Part shown: one piece after another, positions 28,737-36,959 of the stretch
How positions within the stretch are numbered: the first letter of the stretch is position 1
Layout of the letters: each line of letters begins with the position of its first letter
IMG/VR virus record: IMGVR_UViG_3300045988_072028
Span: 1-64,000 of that record
Source of the DNA: a virus
DNA: 64,000 bases
Reading direction: 5' to 3' (one strand)
Notes under the pieces: generated by a model
Databases searched by the model: none
What the model was told of the DNA's origin: nothing
Seen by the model: only the letters and a program-made list of their open reading frames with translations
Translations under genes and position numbers: made by a program

Positions 28737-29747
28737 ATGGGTACAAGTGGAGACAAAATCGTTTTGTTAGACGGTATGGGTTCCGGTAGTGGAAGCGCCA
28801 CTAACGGTTTATTATCTATGATTCCGGGGATGTTCGCCAATTTAATAGGCGGAAATAAGATGGATCCGAACTTGGTAGCGGCTTTGATGAACGGTCGTAA
28901 CAACCAAGACGGTTTCGGCGGGGCTAACGGTTGGTGGTTGTGGATCATTGTCCTGTTCTGGTTATGGGGCGGACGTGGTTTCGGAAATGGTTTTGGTGGT
29001 AATGGAAATGATTGTTGCGCTAACGGTCTTCCGGCTCAATTGAACAACGACTATGGCCGTGAGCTACTGATGCAGGCCATCCAAGGTAATAGAAGCGCTA
29101 TCGAGCAGATCGCTAACGCCTTGAACTGTACTACCACTCAATTGCAAAGCGCTATCTGTAACGTACAAGGCGCTATCGATAAGGTAGCTGGTCAGGTAGG
29201 TATGACCTCTCAGGCTGTTATTAACGCCGTACAGCAACAAGGTTGTGAGATCGGTAATCAAATTAGCTCTTGCTGCTGCAATTTGAGTTCTTTGATCAAC
29301 CAAAGCACGTGCGCTACTCAAAATATGATAACGCAGCAAGGCTTTGACAATCAATTACGGACGTTAGAGCAAACCAATGTTCTTCAGAGTAACATCAACC
29401 AAGGATTGACAAACAATCGTGAGCAGGCTACTACGCAGTTCAATATCTTGAGCGCTAAGATTGATGCTCAAACAACCTTGATTAATGATAAATTCTGTCA
29501 ATTGGAAATGCGTGAGATGCAGAATACGATCAATCAGTTGCGTGATGAAAGGTCGGCTTACCAAGCCTCCGCGTTGACTCAGCAACAGACTCAGAATTTG
29601 ATCAACCAGTTGAGACCTACCCCTGTGCCGGCTTATCCTTCATGCTCTCCTTACCAGACTTATGGATGGGGTCAAGCATTTTATGGAGGTAATTACGGAT
29701 GTGGGTGCAACAATGGATGCTGCAACAACGGAAACGCCGCTATTTAA
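28737..29747 (+). CDS. Gly/Gln/Asn/Cys-rich single-pass membrane protein (336 aa), unknown function
   Basis: Gly-rich N-terminus, TM helix GWWLWIIVLFWLWGG, and a long Q/N-rich helical-looking region. 15 Cys by my count, including SSCCCN and the C-terminal GCGCNNGCCNNGN. Confidence 0.8.
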   Translation: MGTSGDKIVLLDGMGSGSGSATNGLLSMIPGMFANLIGGNKMDPNLVAALMNGRNNQDGFGGANGWWLWIIVLFWLWGGRGFGNGFGGNGNDCCANGLPAQLNNDYGRELLMQAIQGNRSAIEQIANALNCTTTQLQSAICNVQGAIDKVAGQVGMTSQAVINAVQQQGCEIGNQISSCCCNLSSLINQSTCATQNMITQQGFDNQLRTLEQTNVLQSNINQGLTNNREQATTQFNILSAKIDAQTTLINDKFCQLEMREMQNTINQLRDERSAYQASALTQQQTQNLINQLRPTPVPAYPSCSPYQTYGWGQAFYGGNYGCGCNNGCCNNGNAAI

Positions 29748-29770
29748 CTCTATAAAGGAAGGAGGCTATT

Positions 29771-30187
29771 ATGGCTTGTGTTTCTAAAATAGGGTCTCTT
29801 TATGAGTTGGTCACGAAGAACGTGGTAGTGACTACTACCAACACCATCTTCGGCATCAACCCAAGGATATGGCTGTCCTTGCCATGCGAGGGCCTTCTGC
29901 TGCTGAAAATCCGGCAGGTGGTTCCGACAACAGGCGAGACATTGCCAGTACAGATAGCTGTCCCAGCGAATAGCACCGTATCCACGGTAGGTGATGACAC
30001 ATGCTGCCCGGTAACCGGCGTGGCTGTGGTGAACCCGATCAACGTGGCTGTGACCGGAGCGGCTATGGTTAACAACACCGAACGCCTTGTTTATTTCAAT
30101 AAGGTAAGGGGTGTATTGAGGCTCATGGATTGCTGTGTGCCTACAACTTCCGCCTCGGCGTCGGAGACGACTGTTGATGAGGAATAG
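29771..30187 (+). CDS. hypothetical protein (138 aa) with Cys doublets
   Basis: ORF with TCCPV and DCCVP motifs, co-directional with the previous gene. Confidence 0.65.
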   Translation: MACVSKIGSLYELVTKNVVVTTTNTIFGINPRIWLSLPCEGLLLLKIRQVVPTTGETLPVQIAVPANSTVSTVGDDTCCPVTGVAVVNPINVAVTGAAMVNNTERLVYFNKVRGVLRLMDCCVPTTSASASETTVDEE

Positions 30188-30204
30188 GTTAGATTGGATG
30201 TCTA

Positions 30205-30738
30205 ATGGGAGGGTATTCCCTCCCGCTTAAAAATCGAGATATGTTTAGAGACTTAAAGAAAGGATTTCAAGTATATACGCTGGATACGTCCGATGTTCCG
30301 GTGTTCAGGATGGGGAATGTGGTTAACGTGTCCGAGCCTAGGTTCCAGCAACCCCAGATGGGTCAGATGGGGCAATATCAGCAACTACAGGATAGGGTGA
30401 TAGACCTTACCGTGGAGATAAACGGGTCTTCCATGACCTATGTCGTACCGGAGAGCAGGGATGTCGCTATGTCCAATAACATAACTTTGGCCTGCTCGGT
30501 CGATCCGATCATGAACCAGCTTAACGCCGCTAAGAGAACCAGCTCCGATATTCTCGATAGTATCGATAAGCATAGGAGGACACTAGAGGCTTGTGATTCG
30601 ATCCTTGAGGAAATCAATCCGGCTTTTAAGCAGACTAAGGATCAAGACCGGAAGATCAAGAATCTTGAGGAGAAAGTCGATAGGATGGGATCCTCTTTCG
30701 ATGAGCTAAAAGAGTTGTTAATTAAAAAATTAGGTTAA
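30205..30738 (+). CDS. hypothetical protein (177 aa)
   Basis: ORF with a helical, charged C-terminus. Its stop is 1 nt before the next ATG. Confidence 0.7.
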   Translation: MGGYSLPLKNRDMFRDLKKGFQVYTLDTSDVPVFRMGNVVNVSEPRFQQPQMGQMGQYQQLQDRVIDLTVEINGSSMTYVVPESRDVAMSNNITLACSVDPIMNQLNAAKRTSSDILDSIDKHRRTLEACDSILEEINPAFKQTKDQDRKIKNLEEKVDRMGSSFDELKELLIKKLG

Positions 30739-30739
30739 G

Positions 30740-31108
30740 ATGAGAGTTATAGATTTAGGCGGCGGCCACGATGAGGACTACGATGATGAGATCTACGATC
30801 GTAGAGGCGGCCGTGGACGTAGCAGACGTTCGGATGGGACTTACATGGGTTATGGTGGTGGAATATACGACCACTATGGCAAGGAGCATGACGGCAGAAT
30901 GGATGAGCTAGAACGCCGTGAGCGTGATCTTGAAAGACGCGAGAGGGAGCTGGAACGTGACGAGCGTGAGCTTGAGAAACGCGAGAGACTCCATGAACGT
31001 GAGGACGAGATGTATCGCAGGGGATGGTTCGGTGAGCGTGGCATCCGTGACGAGTACGAAGGTACCGAACCGTATATGCGCAGGGGACGCAGGAGTCGTT
31101 ACTACTGA
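30740..31108 (+). CDS. Arg/Glu/Asp-rich protein with ER/K-type heptad repeats (122 aa)
   Basis: ELERRERDLERRERELERDERELEKRER, encoded with a 21-nt DNA period (about 30905-31010). Ends at TGA 31106, which is in frame with the next ORF. Confidence 0.7.
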   Translation: MRVIDLGGGHDEDYDDEIYDRRGGRGRSRRSDGTYMGYGGGIYDHYGKEHDGRMDELERRERDLERRERELERDERELEKRERLHEREDEMYRRGWFGERGIRDEYEGTEPYMRRGRRSRYY

Positions 31109-31201
31109 GGAGCAGACGCCGATGACCCGGATTATAAGCGGTATATAGACACCCATGGATATCACTTTTCCAAGGAGCTGGCTAGGGAAGCCGCTGACAA
31201 G

Positions 31202-31495
31202 ATGCTTAACGCCGACGGGTCCAAGAGAAGATGGACGATGGAGGACGCTAAGCAGATGTTCGATAAATGCGGGGCCAAGAAACCTGATAACGCCACTTGG
31301 GGAGATATCCAATATCTGTTCGCTATGTTCTATAGCGACTACTTTCCTAAGGTATTGGATTGCGACCAGAAAATAGTCAAGGCTGTCTTGGCTTATCTGG
31401 AAGACCCTGACGCCCCGGAAGGGACGGCGTTCGTAAGGTATCTGGCGGTGCGGTGCTTCGTCGGTGACACAATCAAATGGAGTGATATGATTTAG
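31202..31495 (+). CDS. hypothetical protein (97 aa from ATG; frame open back to 31109)
   Basis: Same frame as 30740..31108, separated only by TGA 31106 plus 31 sense codons with no start codon. Confidence 0.6.
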   Translation: MLNADGSKRRWTMEDAKQMFDKCGAKKPDNATWGDIQYLFAMFYSDYFPKVLDCDQKIVKAVLAYLEDPDAPEGTAFVRYLAVRCFVGDTIKWSDMI

Positions 31496-31512
31496 TTTGA
31501 TACAACGTTGGA

Positions 31513-31552
31513 GAACCCTGTCGGCAATAGAATACCGATAGGGTTTCTTTTT
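31513..31552 (+). terminator. intrinsic terminator
   Basis: Stem aaccct(g)tcgg/ccga(t)agggtt (31514-31524/31535-31545) followed by tttcttttt. Confidence 0.7.
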
Positions 31553-31682
31553 GACCGTAGCTTTATTATGATTACATTTGTTCGAGGTAGATCTTTTGTT
31601 CATAGGAAGGGTGGGCGGGAATGAAAAAAGGATATCCTCACGGACACCCTTTCCCCTTGGTTGAAAATTACCTAAAAACCTT

Positions 31683-32060
31683 ATGAGTTACTACTTTTTC
31701 GCAAATATAATTATTAAATCGCAAACAGCAATGGGTAAGGGGTATTACTGGATAGAACCTGTGGATCAAACGTTAAACGATTCCCAGTTTTATAAGGCTC
31801 GTATCGTGGGTGATCCTGAATATGACGAGAAGCATCATCGTGTTATATTAAGGACGGATAAGTACTTCCCTGTAGGGAGTATCTTCCATGTCTTGAAAGA
31901 CTCGGAGATGTTCGTTATAGAGAGGAAATTCAAGACATGGGGGAATAAGTATGTCATTAAGCCTTGCGAGGGTGAATGGGAATGGGGGTCTGTCCAGAAG
32001 CTGAAAGACAAGGCTATTATATTCCGTAGCGGATTCCTGCATGGGGATGGTGGTTTCTAA
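31683..32060 (+). CDS. hypothetical protein (125 aa; may start at the internal Met of MGKGYYWIEP)
   Basis: ORF between a terminator and the fibre 2 promoter region. Confidence 0.6.
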   Translation: MSYYFFANIIIKSQTAMGKGYYWIEPVDQTLNDSQFYKARIVGDPEYDEKHHRVILRTDKYFPVGSIFHVLKDSEMFVIERKFKTWGNKYVIKPCEGEWEWGSVQKLKDKAIIFRSGFLHGDGGF

Positions 32061-32074
32061 CACTACCCGTATCT

Positions 32075-32083
32075 CCCCCCCCC
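32075..32083. repeat. C9 homopolymer tract upstream of tail-fibre gene 2
   Basis: Counted directly. It ends 28 nt upstream of the -7 box at 32112. Confidence 0.95.
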
Positions 32084-32111
32084 TATATTTCTTGGTGTGT
32101 ATGTATATAGC

Positions 32112-32119
32112 TATATTTG
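32112..32119 (+). promoter_or_regulatory. -7 box TATATTTG
   Basis: TAnnTTTG consensus 18 nt upstream of ATG 32138. Confidence 0.6.
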
Positions 32120-32137
32120 AGCAAAAATAATTATGAT

Positions 32138-34036
32138 ATGGAAGATTTTCAAGGTAAATATAATGGCAAGCAGATAGAGCAGCTTTTGGATAAGGCTAAT
32201 GATATTGATCTTTCCAAATACGCTCTTAAGACGGATAACGCTCCTACCGCCACAAAATTACAGGCAGCTAGGACTATAGTGCTGTCCGGGGCTGTTAGCG
32301 GTAGTGTCTCATCGGACTTTGGAAGTAATGTTACTATCTCCACGACATTGTCGAACTTCGACGCCTCTAAGATCACGTCCGGTACCATTGATATAGACAG
32401 GTTGCCTAAAGCAGCCTTAGAGAGAATGGTCGTGGTTGCTGATGATACGGCAAGGTTTAAACTTACTACAGCCACGGCTCAGGTCGGGGACACGGTTAAG
32501 GTAACGGCCACGAATAAGATGTATCTGGTCAAGGATGATAGTAAGTTGAATACCGAGGATGGTTACGAGCCTTATACGGCAAGTTCGGCGTCATCTGTGC
32601 CATGGTCTGGAGTGACCGGCAAACCTAGCACCTTCGCTCCACCTACGGCGGCGGCCTCCACCTTAGGTGGCGTAAAGGTAGGATACACGACTTCTGGCAA
32701 GAACTATAAGTTACAGGTTGACGCTTCTGGTAACGCTTTTGTTAATGTTCCATGGACAGATAATAATACGACCTATAATCAGGCCACGGCTGACACTTTA
32801 GGATTGGTTAAGATCGGTTATACCTCTAGTGGGAAGAACTATGCCGTATCCTTGGACTCTAATGGGAAGATGTATGTGAATGTCCCTTGGACTGATAATA
32901 ACACGACTTATGCTCAAGCCACGAGCGATAATCTAGGTCTTGTTAAGATTGGATACTCTACCAATGGCAAGAACTATCCCGTTGCTCTTGACGGTAGTGG
33001 TAAGATGTACGTGAACGTCCCGTGGACGGATACCAACACCACATATTCCAATATGGGGGCGGCAACCTCCTCTACTGCGGGAAAGGCCGGTTTGGTTCCC
33101 GTCCCAGCCGCAGGTAAACAAGCCTCTTTTTTACGTGGTGATGGCACGTGGGTTGTCCCTACTAATACTACATACGCCAAGGCCAATACATCGACCCTTG
33201 GGCTGGTAATGATTGGATATGCGGAGAATGGCAAGAATTATCCGGTAGAACTGGACGGTAGCGGAAAGATGTATGTCAATGTGCCTTGGACAGACACTAA
33301 TACGACGTATGGTGTTGTAGGAGCTAATGGGTCTACAGGTCTGGTAAAGAACGGGAGTACGGTAACCAGCGCTTCTGGCTATACCGCCTGTCCTATTGTC
33401 AGTGGTGTCCCTTATTATAAAGACACTAATACCACTTACGCCAATATGAAGGCAGCTACGGCTTCAGCGGCTGGTGCTGCGGGATTGGTACCGGCCCCCG
33501 CTGCGGGCAAACAGACGTCTTTTCTTCGTGGTGACGGAACATGGGTCGTACCTACCAATACCACATACGGATTGGCCTCTACTACAGCTAACGGCTTGTT
33601 GAGACAGCTTAATGGTAGTACATCCAGTTTCATGCGTGGAGATGGCACTTGGGCCACACCTCCTAACACGACATACGCCGTAGCCAACGAGTCTACTAAC
33701 GGGTTGATGGCGGCGGCTGATAAGAAGACCGTGAATAGGCTTATAGGAGTTAATACGGTCACGACATTAGCCAACCTGCCTATTAGCAAGAGAAGTATCA
33801 CGGCTACGTTATCAGCCGCTACCACCCTATCCGTGCAGTCAGGCATGCAGATAGGAGAGGAGCTGATGATCAGATGCGTCCCGTCGGCAGTGTTTACACA
33901 GGCTATACCAAACTCTGGAGCTTATGTAAGCATGAGTGGTACTTCTATAACCACTACGGCTAACAAGCCTTTCGAGATAAATATCTGGTGTTACGCTTCA
34001 GGTAAGTATAGCATCGCCGTTAAAGAACAAGATTAA
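32138..34036 (+). CDS. tail fibre / receptor-binding protein 2 (repeat-rich)
   Basis: ATG 32138 gives MEDFQGKYNGKQIEQLLDK, parallel to fibre 1. The TTG 32117 start would overlap the promoter box. Contains four roughly 45-aa repeats, two copies of AGLVPxPAAGKQxSFLRGDGTWVVPTNTTY and a third, shorter SSFMRGDGTWATPPNTTY. Confidence 0.85.
   Translation: MEDFQGKYNGKQIEQLLDKANDIDLSKYALKTDNAPTATKLQAARTIVLSGAVSGSVSSDFGSNVTISTTLSNFDASKITSGTIDIDRLPKAALERMVVVADDTARFKLTTATAQVGDTVKVTATNKMYLVKDDSKLNTEDGYEPYTASSASSVPWSGVTGKPSTFAPPTAAASTLGGVKVGYTTSGKNYKLQVDASGNAFVNVPWTDNNTTYNQATADTLGLVKIGYTSSGKNYAVSLDSNGKMYVNVPWTDNNTTYAQATSDNLGLVKIGYSTNGKNYPVALDGSGKMYVNVPWTDTNTTYSNMGAATSSTAGKAGLVPVPAAGKQASFLRGDGTWVVPTNTTYAKANTSTLGLVMIGYAENGKNYPVELDGSGKMYVNVPWTDTNTTYGVVGANGSTGLVKNGSTVTSASGYTACPIVSGVPYYKDTNTTYANMKAATASAAGAAGLVPAPAAGKQTSFLRGDGTWVVPTNTTYGLASTTANGLLRQLNGSTSSFMRGDGTWATPPNTTYAVANESTNGLMAAADKKTVNRLIGVNTVTTLANLPISKRSITATLSAATTLSVQSGMQIGEELMIRCVPSAVFTQAIPNSGAYVSMSGTSITTTANKPFEINIWCYASGKYSIAVKEQD
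32660..33310 (+). repeat. in-gene tandem repeats (135-nt period) in fibre 2
   Basis: Units start at 32660, 32795, 32930 and about 33190 (TLG[GL]VK[VI]GY..GKNY...G..YVNVPWTD.NTTY). Confidence 0.8.
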
Positions 34037-34046
34037 AGAATAGATT

Positions 34047-35090
34047 ATGGCATATACATATATAAACAGGGAAATATATCCCAATATGTTGGTTTTAGAC
34101 GAACCTCTTGATGATAATTACGCTAAGGGTAATAGCTATGATGATTATATTAATGGCAATCCGATTCCATGGATAGAGCTGGGAGAGGAGCAATTGGCGT
34201 TCAAGGAAGCTAATCCTAAAGCCACGGTTAAGGAGATCATTGAGGCTAGGTTAGATGAGTCGAGGATTCTTAACGAGGAGAAATCAGCTAAATATGAGGA
34301 GCTGAGATCTTATGAGACTGAAAATCTCCATGAGTTTTTCTTGGATGATCAAGATATTTATATTCCTGAATATGACAGACGTAACGCTTTGGCTGATGGG
34401 GCTATAGTCGGTAAGATAACGATTATGGGCCTGGAGTTCGATATGACGGAAGGCAAGATCTTGATCGGGATGATGGATAAGTACGATAACGATCTGACAA
34501 CGGCGTTAGGGGACAAGCAAAAGCAGATCAGTATAGCCACTACCGTAGAACAGGTGAGAGCTGTCGATGTTCAGTCCGGCTATCCTGATAAGGTAAGTGT
34601 TACCACGGCGTACATCCAGCAACAGGCGAAGGAGAAGGATGCTCTCGATCCTCAAAAAGTAGCTGTCGAGTTTTCTAGGATGTTGGTTAATGACAAATCT
34701 TTATCCTTATCATCCAACGAGAAATTGGATGTTAAGGTCCTATTTCCTATATGGGGACAAGAAGGAGCGGAGTTCGGGCTATCCGTGGATACCGGATTTT
34801 GTCTTAGGGTAGTTAAGGAGGATACGGATATCCTTTACGAGGTTATCCAGCCTCATACGTTATCGTCAGAATGGGAGCCTGGACTCAGTACGGCCTCCTT
34901 ATATAAGGTTGTTGACAAGGAGCATGTCGGGACTATAGGTGATCCTATCCCGTATTTCCCTCCAATGGAGATATTCAAGGATAAATATTACATCCAGAAC
35001 GCTGATGTGTATAAGTGTACTAGGGATAGCGGAACTCCTCTCAGCCATAATCTACAGGATTTAATAGGTCTGTACGTGGAGCGGGTGTAG
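34047..35090 (+). CDS. fibre-associated protein (347 aa), possible carbohydrate-binding C-terminal segments
   Basis: Starts 10 nt after fibre 2. The segments YEVIQPHTLSSEWEPGLSTASLYKVV and YYIQNADVYKCTRDSGTPLSHNLQDLIGLY resemble CBM5/12-like motifs (tentative). Confidence 0.7.
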   Translation: MAYTYINREIYPNMLVLDEPLDDNYAKGNSYDDYINGNPIPWIELGEEQLAFKEANPKATVKEIIEARLDESRILNEEKSAKYEELRSYETENLHEFFLDDQDIYIPEYDRRNALADGAIVGKITIMGLEFDMTEGKILIGMMDKYDNDLTTALGDKQKQISIATTVEQVRAVDVQSGYPDKVSVTTAYIQQQAKEKDALDPQKVAVEFSRMLVNDKSLSLSSNEKLDVKVLFPIWGQEGAEFGLSVDTGFCLRVVKEDTDILYEVIQPHTLSSEWEPGLSTASLYKVVDKEHVGTIGDPIPYFPPMEIFKDKYYIQNADVYKCTRDSGTPLSHNLQDLIGLYVERV

Positions 35091-35106
35091 CCGTAGTGCG
35101 ATCTAT

Positions 35107-35115
35107 CCCCCCCCC
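35107..35115. repeat. C9 homopolymer tract upstream of the BACON-like gene
   Basis: Counted directly. It ends 27 nt upstream of the -7 box at 35143. Confidence 0.95.
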
Positions 35116-35142
35116 ATATTTTATGGCTAACATTATATAAGT

Positions 35143-35150
35143 TATTTTTG
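35143..35150 (+). promoter_or_regulatory. -7 box TATTTTTG
   Basis: TAnnTTTG consensus 35 nt upstream of ATG 35186. Confidence 0.5.
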
Positions 35151-35185
35151 GCATAATAAAAGGACATTTATAAATATATTTAAGT

Positions 35186-35845
35186 ATGGCATCACAAAAA
35201 TTCGGTTTCGTAACCGTAGACCCGGTATCAGGATCAGGAGATCAAGCGGTTAATTTCTCCGGTGATAAACACACCGGTCGTCTTCAACGCACTATCAACC
35301 TTACGGTCACCACGAACGGCGGGGCTAAGAAGGCGTTGGTAGTTAATCAGGCAGCGGCTGCTGAGGTGGTAAGATCAGACAGCCCTAACGCTTCCGTACA
35401 AAAGACAGGTGGTAATGTTACCATCACCGGTAAGTCTAACAGTACTAAGCTTACGTTCGCGGTCACGCCGGCTGAGGAGAACGGGCTTACGTTACAGCTC
35501 CCGGATAACTACACGGCGGCTGGAAAGACTACGGCTAACGGAGCGATTATCGCCGACGATCCCGGAGCCGCTGGCGAGTTCGTTTGGAGCATCACGATCT
35601 CGGACGTACCGGCCAACGTCACGATCGAGGAACTGACAGCTACATTGAAGGTAACTGCCGCTGGTGGCCAGACAGCTAACGTGACGGTAACGCAAGCCGC
35701 TGGAGACTCTACTATCGAGCTTGACAAGGAGACTATTAACTTGGATGTAAATGGTACTCAACAGACGGTTAACGTAACATCTAATGACAGCTGGACATGG
35801 ACGCAAGCTGCGGCTAGAACCGTATTGAGAATGATGGGACGATAA
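35186..35845 (+). CDS. BACON/Ig-like domain protein (219 aa)
   Basis: Two Ig-like modules. VDPVSGSGDQAVNFSGD...LVVNQ and IELDKETINLDVNGTQQTVNVTSNDSWTW match the BACON-type pattern (..V.V.SN..W). Confidence 0.7.
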   Translation: MASQKFGFVTVDPVSGSGDQAVNFSGDKHTGRLQRTINLTVTTNGGAKKALVVNQAAAAEVVRSDSPNASVQKTGGNVTITGKSNSTKLTFAVTPAEENGLTLQLPDNYTAAGKTTANGAIIADDPGAAGEFVWSITISDVPANVTIEELTATLKVTAAGGQTANVTVTQAAGDSTIELDKETINLDVNGTQQTVNVTSNDSWTWTQAAARTVLRMMGR

Positions 35846-35868
35846 TCAGTTTCTTTTCGCTTACTCAG

Positions 35869-35907
35869 ACCCCGATCGACTAAAGCCGGTTGGGGTTTAT
35901 TTGTTTT
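35869..35907 (+). terminator. terminator-like hairpin
   Basis: acccc(g)atcg/cggt(t)ggggt followed by tttatttgtttt. Confidence 0.5.
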
Positions 35908-35909
35908 GC

Positions 35910-35917
35910 TATCTTTG
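35910..35917 (+). promoter_or_regulatory. -7 box TATCTTTG
   Basis: 24 nt upstream of ATG 35942. Confidence 0.55.
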
Positions 35918-35941
35918 CAATAGAACAAAAATAATACAACT

Positions 35942-36925
35942 ATGGCTAATGATTTGAATATTAATTGGAAGGACGGGGTAGGTGAGGTAACGGACCAGCC
36001 TCTGACCGTCAGCCCGGGAGCCGGGAGTGGGGATGCGGCGGTTTCCTTTGGCTCGGTAATGAATAAAGGACTTGACCGTACCCTTGAGTTGGAGATAACA
36101 ACCCCCAAAGGCGTTAAGAAGACGCTCACGGTGAATCAGGAGGGATGTAGGCAGGCTTATATCACGAGCGACGGCAAACGATGGCTGACTAGCGACAATC
36201 AGGTTTATGGCGTATTGAAATCAGACGCCCCGTGCGAATGTACCGATACGTGTCGTGAATGTACGCTTATTGGATTTGATTATGCCGGGGTGATAAGTGA
36301 ATCCGGTAACGACCATATATTGATAAGGCCGTTGCCTGACAACCCCACAAAAACGACAGTTATCAAATATTCTAAAGACATCTCCACGTTCAGGGATGCC
36401 GATAAACCCTTTGATAGTCCCGATTCATCCAATAAATGCAGGTGGAATAACGTGACGCACGTAACATTGACCAACAGGGCTTATATATACTCAAGACCTC
36501 AATTGACTCCACACGAGGTTCAATACGCCCAGGCGGAGTATTCCAGCATGCAAGGGGAGTATGTAAATAAGATAGAGCTATTGATAGTTCCTGGGACTTT
36601 CAATATATCCGTTCCGGCTATTTATTCCTTGACATCTCCTGATAGCAGGGGAAGAATGGATATAGTATTAGCCGAGAATGGCAATGACGAGAATATATCG
36701 TATGATATATCCAATTACAATGATGTCCTTTACGGACTCAATAAACTAGCGCAATGCGTGTTGGTCAATAAAACCAGAACCTCTTTATCTATAAGGTATA
36801 AGGATACGGAGGAAGTGGTTACCGTAAATAATGGGGTATCATATTCCCTAGATACGTATATAAGGGAGGATAATTCTACCGATCATGGTAAATTCAGGGA
36901 TATTGAGATACTTCCTATAGGATAA
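35942..36925 (+). CDS. protein with N-terminal BACON/Ig-like module paralogous to 35186 (327 aa)
   Basis: LTVSPGAGSGDAAVSFGS...KKTLTVNQEG parallels VDPVSGSGDQAVNFSGD...KKALVVNQAA of the preceding gene. Confidence 0.75.
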   Translation: MANDLNINWKDGVGEVTDQPLTVSPGAGSGDAAVSFGSVMNKGLDRTLELEITTPKGVKKTLTVNQEGCRQAYITSDGKRWLTSDNQVYGVLKSDAPCECTDTCRECTLIGFDYAGVISESGNDHILIRPLPDNPTKTTVIKYSKDISTFRDADKPFDSPDSSNKCRWNNVTHVTLTNRAYIYSRPQLTPHEVQYAQAEYSSMQGEYVNKIELLIVPGTFNISVPAIYSLTSPDSRGRMDIVLAENGNDENISYDISNYNDVLYGLNKLAQCVLVNKTRTSLSIRYKDTEEVVTVNNGVSYSLDTYIREDNSTDHGKFRDIEILPIG

Positions 36926-36945
36926 TGATATTATCCTTTGTTTTT
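36920..36945 (+). terminator. intrinsic terminator overlapping the stop codon
   Basis: Perfect 7-bp stem ggataat/attatcc with loop gat, followed by tttgttttt. Confidence 0.7.
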
Positions 36946-36959
36946 ACAAATTTTGTAAT

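Noticed and set aside
30908-31603. 231-aa minus-strand ORF antisense to the ER/K-repeat gene and the following ORF.
   Set aside because: It is a shadow ORF of stop-poor GC-rich sequence. It runs through the 31513-31552 terminator hairpin, and the sense-strand products look far more protein-like.
33085-33665. RGD tripeptides (FLRGDGTW x2, FMRGDGTW) in fibre 2 as integrin-binding motifs.
   Set aside because: They are part of a conserved phage fibre repeat (..SFLRGDGTW..), which also occurs as FLCGDGTW in fibre 1. There is no reason to infer eukaryotic cell binding.
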